DNA from: Octopus vulgaris
Taxonomy: Eukaryota
NCBI GenBank assembly: GCA_951406725.2
Contig: OX597830.1
Location: 16,244,001 to 16,308,000, forward strand
Direction: 5' to 3'
DNA length: 64,000 nucleotides
Below the pieces are notes generated by a model, which worked only from the letters and a program-made list of their open reading frames with translations, was not told where the DNA came from and ran no database searches. The translations under genes were made by a program, and so were the position numbers. Below are positions 1-12,719 of this stretch, one piece after another. Positions within the stretch are counted from its first letter, which is position 1, and each line of letters starts with the position of its first letter.

Positions 1-82
1 ATCGGTTTCTTTTGCCGAACCGCTAAGTGACGGGGACGTTAAACACACCAGCATCGGTTGTCAAGCAATGCTAGGGGGACAA

Positions 83-115
<33 letters not shown>

Positions 116-279
116 CATATATACGACAGGCTTCTTTCAGTTTCCAAATCCACTCACAAGGCATTGGTCGGCCCGGGGCTATAGCAGAAGACACTTGCCC
201 AAGATGCCACGCAGTGGGACTGAACCCGGAACCATGTGGTTGGTTAGCAAGCTACTTACCACACAGCCACTCCTGCGCC
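1..279 (-). mobile_element. SINE family A (tRNA-derived), cut by window edge
   Basis: Reverse strand begins GGCGCAGGAGTGGCTGTGTGGT (A-box-like) ... GGTTCAGTCCC (B-box-like), with internal TA/TG microsatellite. Same sequence as copies at 5565, 17101, 20905, 48705, 56353. Confidence 0.9.
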
Positions 280-1130
280 TTTGTTAGCAAGTTATTATAA
301 TAATGTTAAAAAAGACAGACAGGAGATACAGAACATTGAGAGGGTAGATGTTTACTCCATGTTGCTGAATGAGTGAATGTCTGAAGGCTTCTTTACCAGT
401 CCAGTGGTTTTATTTTGGATAAAGTTAAAATGTACAGTGTTATCTGGAAATTTTCACTATCCTGAATATTTGAACAATAATCTAATGTGAATTATATTTG
501 CAGATGGGTTAGTAACTGCTTTCACAGCTACTGAAATATATTGTTGCTTTGGGGAAATTTCTAGTCTTTGCCCTGGTTATTTTTAGAAATGATTGATGGA
601 TATGAAAGGTCAACAGAAATAATGAAGTCTGGCATTTTGCAGGGAGTTTGAGGGTTTTAGTTGTGTATTATTTACAAATAGGGAGGCTGTAGTATTTCAT
701 GTTTCTTTGATATTTATAGTGGTTATATGACTCATCACACACACTCACCACAGCCTACTCTTGCAGGAATTCTCTAAATGGATTTAATTATGCATATACA
801 TTCTTTGAACACGTGGATAACCAAATCAATAGAAACCATGTTATTTAATAAATAATGTGTGGTCTAGATTTATTAGTTAGTCGGGCAGGGTGGGGGACGA
901 TTATTGTGCAGTGAAGAAACGCACTTTCAGCGGGTTTTAACTCATATCTCTTTACTTTCAACAGTTTGATTTCATTTTTGACAACATCCCTTTGTCTCCT
1001 GAACTAGACATGATTTTCTCGGCTCCCTTCTACCTAATAATTACATTAAAGTGGAATCAGACTGGTATTGATTCTAGATATATTTCATGAAATGTGCAAT
1101 TTGTGATTTTGAAAACTTTTTAGCTTTTTG

Positions 1131-1420
1131 TTAACATGTAGTGTACTATCAAATACCGTATAACGGGAAACTATAATTTATAGTATATTATCGTTTAACA
1201 AGTAATGTACAATTATTTAACATATATTATTCTAGTATTTGTATTATGTATCATTTATAGTGTATATTATGTATAGTGGGCTATCATTTAAATTTATAGT
1301 GTACTAATATTTAACATGTAGTGTACTACCATTAAACATATCATGTGCTGTAATTTAACATGTAGCATACTATGATTTAACTATATAACATCTCACAAGC
1401 CATGTAGCCTTCATTTAAAT
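1131..1420. repeat. Degenerate ~22-bp minisatellite (TTTAACATGTAGTGTACTATCA-like)
   Basis: Recurrent ttaacatgtagtgtacta variants at ~1131, 1311, 1355 with decayed units in between; lies in the intron upstream of the Tg1 exon. Confidence 0.55.
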
Positions 1421-1661
1421 ATACATTCTACAGCATTTTGTGAAAACATGATATTTATTTTATAAAATTATGCGCCTGTTTATTTCCTTATAATGTTCAA
1501 GTATTCGACCCAAGACACCAAAATACTTAAGCAAGCAACACAAAGGCTGTAACAGAACATTTCAATTCCGGGATCTCTCATCCAGATCCTTCTGCTGCCA
1601 TAATTCATTTCTGTATTATTTCAATCTTTCACTTCTGATTACTATCATTGTGTAATTCCAG

Positions 1662-1867
1662 AATGTGCCCGTGATCGGCTAAAATATCTGAACATGATAA
1701 AGGAGAGACCAGACGAGAAAAACGACCGAATATTCCTGTGCGAACGTAATGGAAATTATGCTAAAGTGCAATGTACTGGTTCGGTGTGTTACTGCGTCGA
1801 TGAACAAGGGAATGAATTGAGAAGTAGCACAGTTCACATTTCAGAGACTGGTTCAGTGAAGTGTTAA
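1662..1867 (+). CDS. Last coding exon of a thyroglobulin type-1 (thyropin-like) domain protein; upstream exons not identified
   Basis: Acceptor ttccag|AA (phase 1), then manual translation CARDRLKYLNMIKERPDEKNDRIFLCERNGNYAKVQCTGSVCYCVDEQGNELRSSTVHISETGSVKC*. It has six Cys with the family motifs G.Y...QC and C[WY]CVD..G.E. TAA at 1865-1867 is followed directly by GTAAGT. Missed by the ORF track because it is an internal exon. Confidence 0.9.
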
Positions 1868-2776
1868 GTAAGTACTGGTCTCTCTCTCTCTCTTTCCTTT
1901 CCTGCATCTCCCAATCAATATTTTGATAGTGAGATCTTTGCTCTGATATCTGCTACTACATCAATGGACCTCCATGCCTGTTCGTGCTGGCACCAAAACA
2001 CATTTACACTGGCAAACATATACCCTACCCTCATAACACCTGTTTCTACCAATAAAAACAATAATTTTTTCAAAATAACACTTTTCTTTTTTTTTTTCTT
2101 TTTTGGTTATATTCTTGCTTAGTTATTCCATGTTTTTATATCACTTTCAAATAATTTCACTATTCAGTAGCAGTTGATTTTATCTGACAAGTTTAAGTTA
2201 ATTATATGCCATTCTGTAGCATCCAACTTGTCTAAAGTAATTTGATAAATCTATTAGCAGGGAATCAAGACATCATTTTACACGGAAGCCTTACAGACAC
2301 AGCCTTCAGCACTCACATCAAAGCACACCAATTCCACCATGATAATAACTATCATCTATATAGAAATTTTCATTCAGTAGCCAACTATTGTAGCAGCGGA
2401 AACACTCCAATTTCCAAACCATTGTTACCATAGATTCACATTTCGAGAGAGAAGTACTTCTAATGACCTTCTTCTTCGTGTACAAACATTAAATAGCCTT
2501 CAGTGAACAAAGCCAGATATCAATATGTGATACTCAATATAGCCTGTATGGAAGATGCTTGCATTATATTTTATGATAATATTTAACGAATTAATTTCTT
2601 TTGATGAATCCTTTTGGAAATTTATCTATCTAGTTAACAGAAATTATTTTCGGAAGCCTATACACTCACACACACACACACATACACACACACACACATA
2701 TTAATTGAAGCATACAGTATTATATATCCATTATAGCCAACAATTTATATGTATTGTATATATATATTATATATTA

Positions 2777-2848
<72 letters not shown>

Positions 2849-2921
2849 TATATATTATATATAATATATAATATATACATAATATATAATATACATAGTA
2901 TATATATATATATATTATATG

Positions 2922-2976
<55 letters not shown>

Positions 2977-3173
2977 GCATATATATATATATACAATATG
3001 TATATAATATGTACATGTATGTATGCATATGTTATACATAATCAGACTTTACAGAAAAAAAAGTGTTTCTGTATGTTAGCACTTATACATATTAAGGCAA
3101 AATGTGTTTGGATATTGTAAAAAGATGTATATATATATATATATATATATAGATGAGTGTATTTTACCTTGTT

Positions 3174-3212
<39 letters not shown>

Positions 3213-3316
3213 TATACATAAATATAAATGTACTGTATAGAAATCTGTTTACACACAGTTTATGCATTTTCTACATACAAATAGCTATTCATTTATATTA
3301 ACAATGGTCTTTGCAG

Positions 3317-3495
3317 ATGGTTTTCGAAGAAGATATCATTCCATCTTCTCAAACAAACCATCTGCAGTTTTAGCTGCAACTACTTCAATCAATATAGAAA
3401 CTTTTCCAATTAACGAAAGTCACTCAAAATCAAAGTGAAGAAGACATTCCATCTAATGAGTGTCACTCAAAATAAACAAATACCAAAATATTTTT
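3317..3495 (+). other. Putative non-coding 3'UTR exon of the thyroglobulin-domain gene
   Basis: Acceptor tctttgcag at 3308-3316, unique non-repeat sequence, AATAAA at 3471-3476 followed by T-rich downstream sequence. It would pair with the donor at 1868. End position approximate. Confidence 0.45.
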
Positions 3496-3569
3496 AGAAT
3501 TTTGCATCCTGCATTTTGTATTTCCCACGTTTTATGACAAGTATATCCGTGCTAAAGTTGGGAAGTTAA

Positions 3570-3955
3570 TCTTTATATATAAAAGTGAGGTTGTGTGCTG
3601 TCTGTCTCCTACGGTTTAGATTCCTAACTACTCCCACATTTTGCGGTCCAGTTTAACCAAAACCGGGTATCTTATAGTCGTGATTCATATCAAGCCCTTC
3701 TGTGTATTAGCGCGCGTCTACGATTTAAAAAAAAATTTACCATGAATTTTTTCCATCTTTAATGCATTTTTGGTATATATAAGGGAAGTAACTCTCTAAA
3801 AATTTATTATTAAATCTCAGAACGTAAAAAGCTACAGTAACATTCCCACCTTTGTGGTTAGCCATATTGAGATGGCTATTATACTTTACATCCCTAAAAA
3901 TGCTTATATAGTTATTTCCCTTACAAACCCGAGCAATGCCGGGCGATACTGCTAG
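3570..3955 (+). mobile_element. Non-autonomous Helitron-like element
   Basis: Starts A|TC-tttatatataaaag and ends with the GC hairpin CCCGAGCAATGCCGGG (3928-3943) 8 nt before CTAG (3952-3955). No TIR or TSD. The base after CTAG is A rather than the usual T. Confidence 0.7.
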
Positions 3956-4026
3956 AATTTTCTAAAGCAGTGAGTGAATAATAGCACATCAGACAAAATG
4001 CTCAGTGGTATTTCGTCCATCTTTTA

Positions 4027-4356
4027 CATTCATCATCATCATCATCCTCGTTTAACGTCCATTTTCCATGCTAGCACAAGTTGGACGGTTCGACCAGGGT
4101 CTGGGAAGCCAGCAGGCTGCACCAGGCTCCAGTCTGATCTGGCAGTGTTTCTACAGCTGGATGCCCTTCCTAACACCAACCACTCCGTAAGTGTAGTGGG
4201 TGCTTTTTACGTGCCACCAGCACAGGTGCCAGGCGAGGCTGGCAGCGGCCACAATTGGTTGGTGCTTTTTATGTGCCACCAGCACAGAAGCCAGTCAAAG
4301 CAGCACTGGCATCGGCCACATTCAGATGGTGCTTTTTACGTGCCACCGGCACAGGT
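4027..4356 (-). mobile_element. SINE family D body ((GAT)n tail) nested inside an old family-C SINE (~3980-4535)
   Basis: Reverse strand has GGTGGCACGTAAAAAGCAC units, GTTAGGAAGGGCATCCAGC and GGACGTTAAACGAGGATGATGATG. Family-C head lies to the left and family-C body (tcaaattcc...gcctttcatcc...gagcactggggtcgatgtaa) to the right. Confidence 0.8.
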
Positions 4357-4619
4357 ATCACAACTACAATTTCCATTTTATATTTATTTTGATGTTTCAA
4401 ATTCCATGAAGGCTAACTTTGCCTTTCATCCTTTCCAGGTTGATAAAATAAGTACTGGTTGAGCACTGGGGTCGATGTAACTGATTAAACTCCTTCCCTT
4501 GAAATTGCTGGCCTTGTGCCAAAATTTGACACCAATATTTTCTTAGATGTTGGAGTGGCTATGATAGGCTGGAAGGTCTACATGATCAGGGTTGACCTAA
4601 GGCTAAATAACAATAACAA

Positions 4620-4918
4620 TAACAGTAGTTTAGAGTAAAGAATTTTGCCAACATAACATGGCAGTCCTGGTTTAGGACGAATGTTGCTGCAATTTAGCCC
4701 CAGGAGATATCGCCCCCAGCTGGCCATACAACACGATCTGTATCCTTATATTTTCGAACAAGGGGTACTAGATTACCTTGTTCAAAAATATAAGGACACA
4801 AATCGTGTCGTATAGCCAACTGGAGACAATGTCTCCTGGGGCTAAATTACAGCAACATACATCCTAAACCAGAACTGCATGGTATGTTGGCAAAAATCCT
4901 TACTCCAAAGTACTGTTA
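4620..4918. mobile_element. Foldback/MITE: ~300-bp near-palindrome
   Basis: Left arm TAACAGTAGTTTAGAGTAAAGAATTTTGCCAACATA...CCTTATATTTTCGAACAAGG is the reverse complement of the right arm CCTTGTTCAAAAATATAAGG...TATGTTGGCAAAAATCCTTACTCCAAAGTACTGTTA, with scattered mismatches and a short loop. Confidence 0.85.
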
Positions 4919-5564
4919 CTGAATATCTCTTGTTGTGAGATTTACAAATAGTAATTTTCTAGCAGTAGTTTACCCATATATCAACACAGTAAGCTCTTAG
5001 TTGCAAGCTCATTTGCTAAGCTGTTTGGGGGGAAACATTTATAAAATTGATTTACTTCTGACTGATGTGAAAATGGCAAATGAAGAGACACACAGAAAAA
5101 TTTAGCAATGCATGGATCCATGTATGTGGTTTGTCAAAGGAAACTCTTTGAGTATTGGCAGAGTGAAATATTGTCTTTCAGTTAACTAAATTAACATCCG
5201 AGGGCTGCAACATGTATTACGCAGTTATTGTATTTCATACACTTGACACAACCCAATGCACGGAAATAAATGAATAACAATATGATGGATGGTGTAATAA
5301 CAGTAATATAACCAAGAACAGACAATATGAAAATAATGCTATATACTTGCTTAATAACTCCTTGAACAGAGTGGCACAGTAGAAGCTTGATAGGCCCCTA
5401 ATCCAGAGGTCCAGAGATCAAAACTATGCCCTACAAAGAAACAAATTCTATTTTTGATATTTATACATCACTCAGGGTAGCTAACTGGCTGAATGGTTAG
5501 CATGCTGGACAAAATGCTTAGTAGTGTTTTGTTCATCTTTACATCTGAGTTCAAATTCCACCGA

Positions 5565-5727
5565 GGCGCAGGAGTGGCTGTGTGGTAAGTAGCTTGCTAA
5601 CCAACCACATGGTTCCAGGTTCAGTCCCACTGCGTGACATCTTGGGCAAATGTCTTCTGCTATAGGCCCAGGCCGACCAATGCCTTGTAAGTGGATTTGG
5701 TAGACGGAAACTGAAAGAAGCCTGTCG

Positions 5728-5758
<31 letters not shown>

Positions 5759-5968
5759 TTGTGTGTCTGTGTTTGTCCCCTTAGCATTGCTTGACAACCG
5801 ATGCTGGTGTGTTTATGTCCCCGTCACTTAGCGGTTCGGCAAAAGAGACCGATAGAATAAGTACTGAGCTTACAAAGAATAAGTGCCGGGTTTGAGTCTC
5901 AATTAAAGGTGGTGCTCCAGCATGGCCGCAGTCAAATGACTGAAACAAATAAAAGAGAGTAAAGAGAG
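5565..5968 (+). mobile_element. SINE family A, full length, nested in a family-C SINE (~5480-6095)
   Basis: GGCGCAGGAGTGG head through GTCAAATGACTGAAACAAATAAAAGAG tail. The host C copy is split at ...tcaaattccaccga|ggtcattt... Confidence 0.9.
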
Positions 5969-6131
5969 AGGTCATTTTTGGCTTTTATCCTTTTGGGGTC
6001 GATAAAATAAGTACCAGTTGAGCACTGTGATCAATGTAATTGACTTAGTCCCTTGTCCCAAATCACTAGCCTCATTCTAAGACTTGAAACCAATATTTAT
6101 ACATCACAGCTGAGTTGTCCACAAGCAATGC

Positions 6132-6456
6132 TGGCACTCCATCAATTACGACAACGACAGGGGGTTCTAGTTGATCAGATCAATGGAGCAGCCTGCTGTT
6201 GAAATAAATGCACAAGGGACTGAGCATTCCACAGACACATGTACCCTTAACATAGTTCTCAGGGCAATTCAGGGCAATACACAAAATGTAACAAGGCTGG
6301 CCCTTTGAAATATAGGTACAACTCATTTTTTTCCAGCAGAGTAGACTGCAGCAATGTTAAATAAGTATCTTGCTCAAGGACATAATGCATCACCGGGAAT
6401 TGAACTCTCGACCTTACAGTCATGAGCTGAATACCCTAACCACTAAGCCATGCACC
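6132..6456 (-). mobile_element. Old SINE sharing the family-B 3' body but with a different tRNA-like head
   Basis: Body matches 19161-19350 (cacagacacatgtacccttaac...acaaggctggccctttgaaata). The head on the reverse strand reads GGTGCATGGCTTAGTGGTTAGGG...GAGTTCAATTCCCGG...TGTCCTTGAGCAAG. Confidence 0.7.
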
Positions 6457-7693
6457 TTCACTTGTCCACAAATATATCAACCATATATCTGTGTGATTAT
6501 ACATACAGGAGTAGGTATATATTATATTGTGCTGGTTTATGCAGGGTCAAGGGGTCACCAACTGACCAGATTACATCAAAACCCAAGTAGCATAACAAGT
6601 AGAGACAATAATGACAATAAGACTTTTTACTTAGTATGTAGGACAAAGGACTCTCAGATCTGAAGGGGTTGTAGTGAGATCTAGAATCAAAATTTTCATT
6701 TTCAGTTACCAGGTTGGTGCCATGAATAGACCAAGTTTTGTCCAGCAGTCTGTTTTGATTGCCAACTTGTCTGTCCAGCTTGTGGCAATACCATACCATA
6801 TCATGAATGTTCGTCTCAAAAGTCAATTGAAGTCTGCATGCTTTTCATAGTTTGAAAGCAAATCTGTGCCAAGAACAACCACAGATGTTCAGAGAAAGCT
6901 ACAGAGAACACACATCTTCACCTCTTGCCAAGTAATGCCAAGTTTTCCTTCATTGAATCCAGCTAGAAATTAAAGGAATTCTTCTCCACAATTTCAGACC
7001 AACTCCTTCCAACTTCTTGGGGTTTCCTAATCCTTATTGTACAAACTTGTACCGAAGGTTGATTCTACTCGCCGACATTCTCTAGCAGCAGTTGTTAAAA
7101 GTTTATATTCAATTGTTCTGCTGTTCAGTAAATCTTATATTAAAAATGCACATTTATGATCACATCTGTTGATTATCGTATAACAGGAAACCGAAGCAAT
7201 AACTAACAACAACACACCACTGAACCAGAGATATTGGTGAGAACATATTTTTTCTGTGAGACAGAGTCAAAAATTCCTTCTCAAACTTTTACCAAATATT
7301 TGTCAGCTACTACTGTATGCCAAACATCAGATGTTTCTGCTCAGAAACTGAATTTAACATTTGAGTCTGAAATCAGAAGATAAATAAATGAATGCTATGG
7401 TCATAGTTGGAATGTCATTGATCCAAAGGTGTCTACATACAGTCACTCAGTCTAATAGAAATAGCAGCCAAATCTTCAAAATCACACTACCTCAGTACAC
7501 TGTAAATGTTTGTGTGAATTTCTGAGATGAGGATTTATCCTCATTACCAGGGTGGTGCCCTAGCATGGCCACAATCCAATGACTAAAACAGGTAAAAGTA
7601 AAACATACAATAGGATTCTGAAGATAGCTAGATATTGGGAAAGCCAAAATGTAGCTACTACAAGCAAAGTGAGAACACTAGTCTGAATATATT

Positions 7694-7975
7694 ATCATCA
7701 TCACCATCATCATCGTTATCATCATCATTTAACGTCTGTTGTCCATGTTGGCATGGGTTGGGTGGTGTGACCAGAGCTGGCAAACCGGTTGGGCTGCACC
7801 AGACTCAAGTCTGATTTGACATGGTTTCTATGGATTGATGCCCTTCCTAACTCCAACAGAGTATGCTGGATGCTTTCTAGGTGACACCACATGGGCACTT
7901 TTACATGATGTCACACAGGTGCTTTCACATGATGCCACAGAGATGCTTTTTGCGTGGCACTGTCATGGGTGGCTG
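7694..7975 (-). mobile_element. SINE family D, degenerate
   Basis: (CAT)n + tttaacgtc...ccatgttggcatgggttgg...gatgcccttcctaac, homologous to 4027 and 11661. Confidence 0.7.
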
Positions 7976-8016
7976 CACAACCAGAAGGATTGGTCTTAAC
8001 ACTTCTTCTGTGGGAT

Positions 8017-8125
8017 AAAAATATGGAACACTTCATGAATTTGCCTGTCATCCTTGCACAGGGGCCATGCTAATCTTACAGAGGTATCATTCCAATTTTT
8101 GTATATACACTGCCAAAGCATGCAC
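8017..8125 (-). pseudogene. RNU6: U6 snRNA pseudogene/variant, full length
   Basis: Reverse complement GTGCATGCTTTGGCAGTGTATATACAAAAATTGGAATGATACCTCTGTAAGATTAGCATGGCCCCTGTGCAAGGATGACAGGCAAATTCATGAAGTGTTCCATATTTTT aligns end to end with canonical metazoan U6. Many differences are CpG>TpG/CpA; the ACAGAG box is disrupted. Confidence 0.92.
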
Positions 8126-8262
8126 ACTAGTGTATAATAATAAATACACTGCAACTGAACACAAAAAAGGTCAGGATGGTCACAGATGGCAAGCCTTTTC
8201 ATTAAAAGATCTGCTTGTGGTTAAACAATCACAATAACATCAACAACTCAAGTAAGTTTTCC

Positions 8263-8484
8263 TTGGCTGTGTTGGTAAGAAGTTTGCTTCCCAACCACAT
8301 TGTTCTGTGTTCAGTCCCACTGCATGGCACCTTGGGCAAGTGTCTTCTACAATAGCCTCAGGCTGGCCAGAACCTTGAGAGTGGATTTGGTAGAAGGAAA
8401 CTGAAAGAAGCTCGACATGTGTGATTGTGTGCGTGCATGTGGGTGTGCATGCATGCATGTGTGTGTGTGCGTGTGTGTGTGTGA

Positions 8485-8521
<37 letters not shown>

Positions 8522-8760
8522 TGTGTGTGCGTGTGCGTGCATGTGTGTGTGTGTGTGTGTGTGTGTTTGTCTCTCACGACCGCTTGACAATCAGTGTGGT
8601 GTGTTAACATCCCCATAACTTAGAGGTTCAGCAAAAGTGACCAATAGACTAATTACCAGGCTTGGAAAAGCAAAAATAAATACCAAGGTCAATTCATTCG
8701 ACTAAAAATTCTTCAAAGGTGGTGCCCCAGCATGGCCACAGTCCAATGACTTAAACAAAC
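8263..8760 (+). mobile_element. SINE family A, older diverged copy
   Basis: tggctgtgttggtaag...ttcagtcccactg...gtggatttggtag...(TG)n...ggtggtgccccagcatggccacagtccaatgact. Confidence 0.8.
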
Positions 8761-9204
8761 AGTCTTCTGGCCCTACGACAAGACTACTCACTCACCATTG
8801 AGCTACAGCTAATATATTGGCTGAAACAAAAATAGTTTGTATAGTGCATCAATGCACAAACACATTGAAGAAATTGGCAACTCTGCTGGAAAAAACAAAC
8901 CTGATCAACCAAATATAACAGCAACTATTGAGTCATGATGGAATTATTTTAGTCAAAGACTTATTCGAGAGACTTGACTTTCAGGTATTTGGTCAATATG
9001 GTTCTGCTCGCGTCTCAAACCAGTCGTATAGATATGACAAACTGAACACACTTCATCAACACCAAACACTAATTTGTCAGACTCCATTTCGATTCTTATC
9101 TTTCTTTTACTGCTTTAGAAACATGTATATAAGTCTGTGTGTGTGTGTGTGTGTGTGTGTGCATGTATGTTTGTGTGTGTCTGTGTGTGTGTGTGTATAT
9201 GTAC

Positions 9205-9240
<36 letters not shown>

Positions 9241-9288
9241 GTAAATAAATCCTCCTCACATATACATCCATACATGTATATATATTTA

Positions 9289-9337
<49 letters not shown>

Positions 9338-9709
9338 GTACCTCTGTGTGTGTGTGTGCATATGAGTATACATATATATATATATATATATATTTACATA
9401 TATAAACCTTCTTTACATATACATCCATACATATATAACATGTATATCTATATGTGTGTGTATACATACATACATATATATATATAAACCTTCATTGCAT
9501 ATATATATGTATACCACCCAATACATATATATATGTATACCTATATATGTGTTTGTCGGGGGATGTCTATAAGTGTGCTCTCACAAAAGCACAGACACAT
9601 GTTATAGACAAGCACTCAAACACACACATACACACACATATATTCATTAGACAGATATAACAGATATCTGTGTGTGGGTGTATACACATATACACATACA
9701 TTTATGTAT

Positions 9710-9749
<40 letters not shown>

Positions 9750-9922
9750 CATGTCAGTAGTCTAATGACTGAAACAAGTAAGAGAATAGAAGAATGTCTG
9801 TATATGTACATGTATGTGTGTGTGTGTGTATGCACATATATACATACACCCACACACTATATAAATATATGTGTGTACGTATCTATCACGCATACACACA
9901 CATCTATCTATCTATATATATT

Positions 9923-10027
<105 letters not shown>

Positions 10028-10473
10028 TATCATAGATGTGTTGGCCATCTTGTATCTATAAGATCAAATAGCTGAAACAAAGAATTGTAATTCTATATTA
10101 CATGACCAATTTTCAAATGAAACACATAAAAAAAAAGCATCATAAAACTGACAAATAATGCAAATAAATCTAAATACCAAAAAATTAGCATAAACATAGG
10201 AAAGTATAAGAATAGTGTTAATGTTTGCGTAGGATTGTATAAAGAATAATAAAAAGTCCTAATTTATCGGAACTCTGAAATATCCATCTGTTCGTATCAC
10301 ACGGCAATATAACATGGCAGAGTTCAAGGAATCAATAAAGACTGTCTATATATATATATATATATATTAGATGATTAATTGCTATTGAAGTTAATCTCCT
10401 AAACACCTTACATATCATCAGTTGCACAAAGTATCGATGACATTTCTGTTAGTTCTTTAATGCTGACATTCAT

Positions 10474-10999
10474 AGGTGCAGATGTGGCTGTGTGGTAAGA
10501 AGCCTGCTTCCCAACTATTTGGTTCAGGGTTCAATCCCACTGTGAAGCATCTTAGACAAGTACCTTCTACTAAAGCCTCAGGCAAATGAAAGCCTCGTAA
10601 GTGGATTTAGTAAGCAGAAACTGAAAGAAGCCTGCCGTGTATATGTGTCTATTGAGTGAAAACGCCTAAAGATCCATGCGGTTCCAGCCAGGGAAATGTA
10701 AATATATGCCAGCCTCGCCTGGCCCCCGTGCCGGCGGCACGAAAAAAAACAAAAAACAAAAAAAAACATCCGTTCGTGGCCGTTTGCCAGCTCTGTCTGG
10801 CACCTGTGCAGGTGGCACGTAAAAAGCACCCACTACACTCACGGAGTGGTTGGCGTTAGGAAGGGCATCCAGCCGTAGAAACACTGCCAAATCTGACTGG
10901 GCCTGATGAAGCCTCCCAGCTTCACAGACCCCAGTTAAACCGTCCAACCCATGCTAGCATGGAAAACGGATGCTAAATGATGATGATGATGATGATGAT
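10474..10999 (+). mobile_element. Composite SINE: family-A head joined to family-D body with (GAT)n tail
   Basis: A head at 10474-10640, D body at ~10705-10999 ending GGAAAACGGATGCTAAATGATGATGAT. Confidence 0.75.
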
Positions 11000-11660
11000 A
11001 TAGATATATATGTAAATATTACATTATATAATTAGGGCTCAGTAAAATAATTTACTTTACCACACACTGAAACTTTTAGAAATAGCAGCCAAGAAGTTTT
11101 TTTATATAACATAAGTAACAAGGATGTCAAGGTATTAGTGCATTACAGCCATTTCAGGTGGCTCCATTTAATCGAACAATGCAAGCATTACATCAATTTC
11201 AAATACACTGCCTTCTTTGGATGCATATGATCATACGGGTTTTCAACATACAGGATACTCCATTATAATTTTTTAGCAAATATTTCATCAGAATTAGAGA
11301 ATAAAAGAATTACATGCTTTTTCCTATTATTGTAGGAGAATGAGCTTAGGGAGAAAATACTCCAATTATAATTTGGAGTCCTACCACAATATAGTTCGAA
11401 TGTGGCAACTTCCTTGGCATTAAGCAATATGCTTGGAGATCCCCATCAGCTATATGGTATGACAGAAACATATATGTAGGTTCTTTTTCTGTTTTTTATC
11501 GTAATTTTTTTAAGCTGTCAAATTCCAATCAATCTATTTATTTATTTGTAATGTGTTTTTCAAAAAAACCATAATCTTTTTACAAAATGCAAATAAATCA
11601 GTAATATCATACATTCATTCTCCATTTTCTTCCCCATATTTTCCTCAATATATATATATA

Positions 11661-12048
11661 TCATCATCATCATCATCATTTAACGTCCGTTTTCCATGCT
11701 AGCATGGGTTGGACGGTTCGACTGGGGTCTGGTAAGCCATGAATGTTGCACCAGGCTCCAGTCTGATCTGGCAGTGTTTCTACAGCTGGATGCCCTTCCT
11801 AACACCAACCACACCATAAGTGTAGTGGGTGTCTTTTACGTGCCACCGCCACAGGGCCAGAGGTGGCTGGCAAACAGCCAGTGTATATATATATATGATA
11901 GGCTTCTTTCAGTTTCCATCTGCCAAATCCACTCAAGGCTTTGATCAACCTGAGGCTATAGTAGAACACACTTGCCTAAGGTGCCATGCAGTAGGACTGA
12001 ACACAGAACCATGTAACTGTGAAGCAAGCTTCTTCCCACACAGCCATG
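11661..12048 (-). mobile_element. Composite SINE: family-A head plus family-D body
   Basis: D body at 11661-11880 and A head at ~11897-12048, both on the minus strand. Same architecture as 10474-10999, in the opposite orientation. Confidence 0.75.
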
Positions 12049-12487
12049 CTTTATTTAATATTATTTTTCCCCATTAAATGTTATTTTTCTTTATTTAATG
12101 TTATTTTCTTCATTTAATATTATATTTCCCCATTAAATATTAATATTTTTTTTATTCAATATTTTTTTATTCATTTAATATTTCGCTTCAGTTGATGTTT
12201 CTCCATTTAATATTTTAATCATTTAATACTTTTTATCGCCTTTATTGTTTCTTTATTGAGTATTATATTTCTTTACTCAATATTGTTTTTTTTCCTTGTT
12301 TAAATATTACAGCTGAGATTGATTATGTCAATTCTAACAAGTTTACTCATTTCTTTCATAAGAAACCTTACCAAAGTCTAAACGTCAATAACAACATTAT
12401 TATTCCCTACTCTATTACACTCACAAAAAAATAATTTCACAATTTTCTGGCTGCTGCCACCACCACTGCTGCTGCTGCTGTTGTTGC

Positions 12488-12527
<40 letters not shown>

Positions 12528-12719
12528 ACACATAGAAATTAAACACCCCAATGTAGAGGCCTGTAGAACATCTTTACACTTGCTAGAAATAAAAGACAAA
12601 TTTCCCTCAAATCACACATTACCATCCTTTCCAAGAAAGTCAGAATTATATGGATTGGAACCATCAATGTTTTGGATTGAGCATTGCTTACTACTATTGC
12701 ATTGGAAGTCAAAAATTAT

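Noticed and set aside
58-300. Recurrent 'AIAEDTCPRCHAVGLNPEPCGW' peptide suggesting a zinc-finger gene family
   Set aside because: It is the antisense translation of the family-A SINE head.
6660-7100. Possible decayed coding sequence on the minus strand (similar patches at 21700-22190 and 26660-27200)
   Set aside because: Only faint LINE-like hints with many stops; it cannot be assigned without a search.
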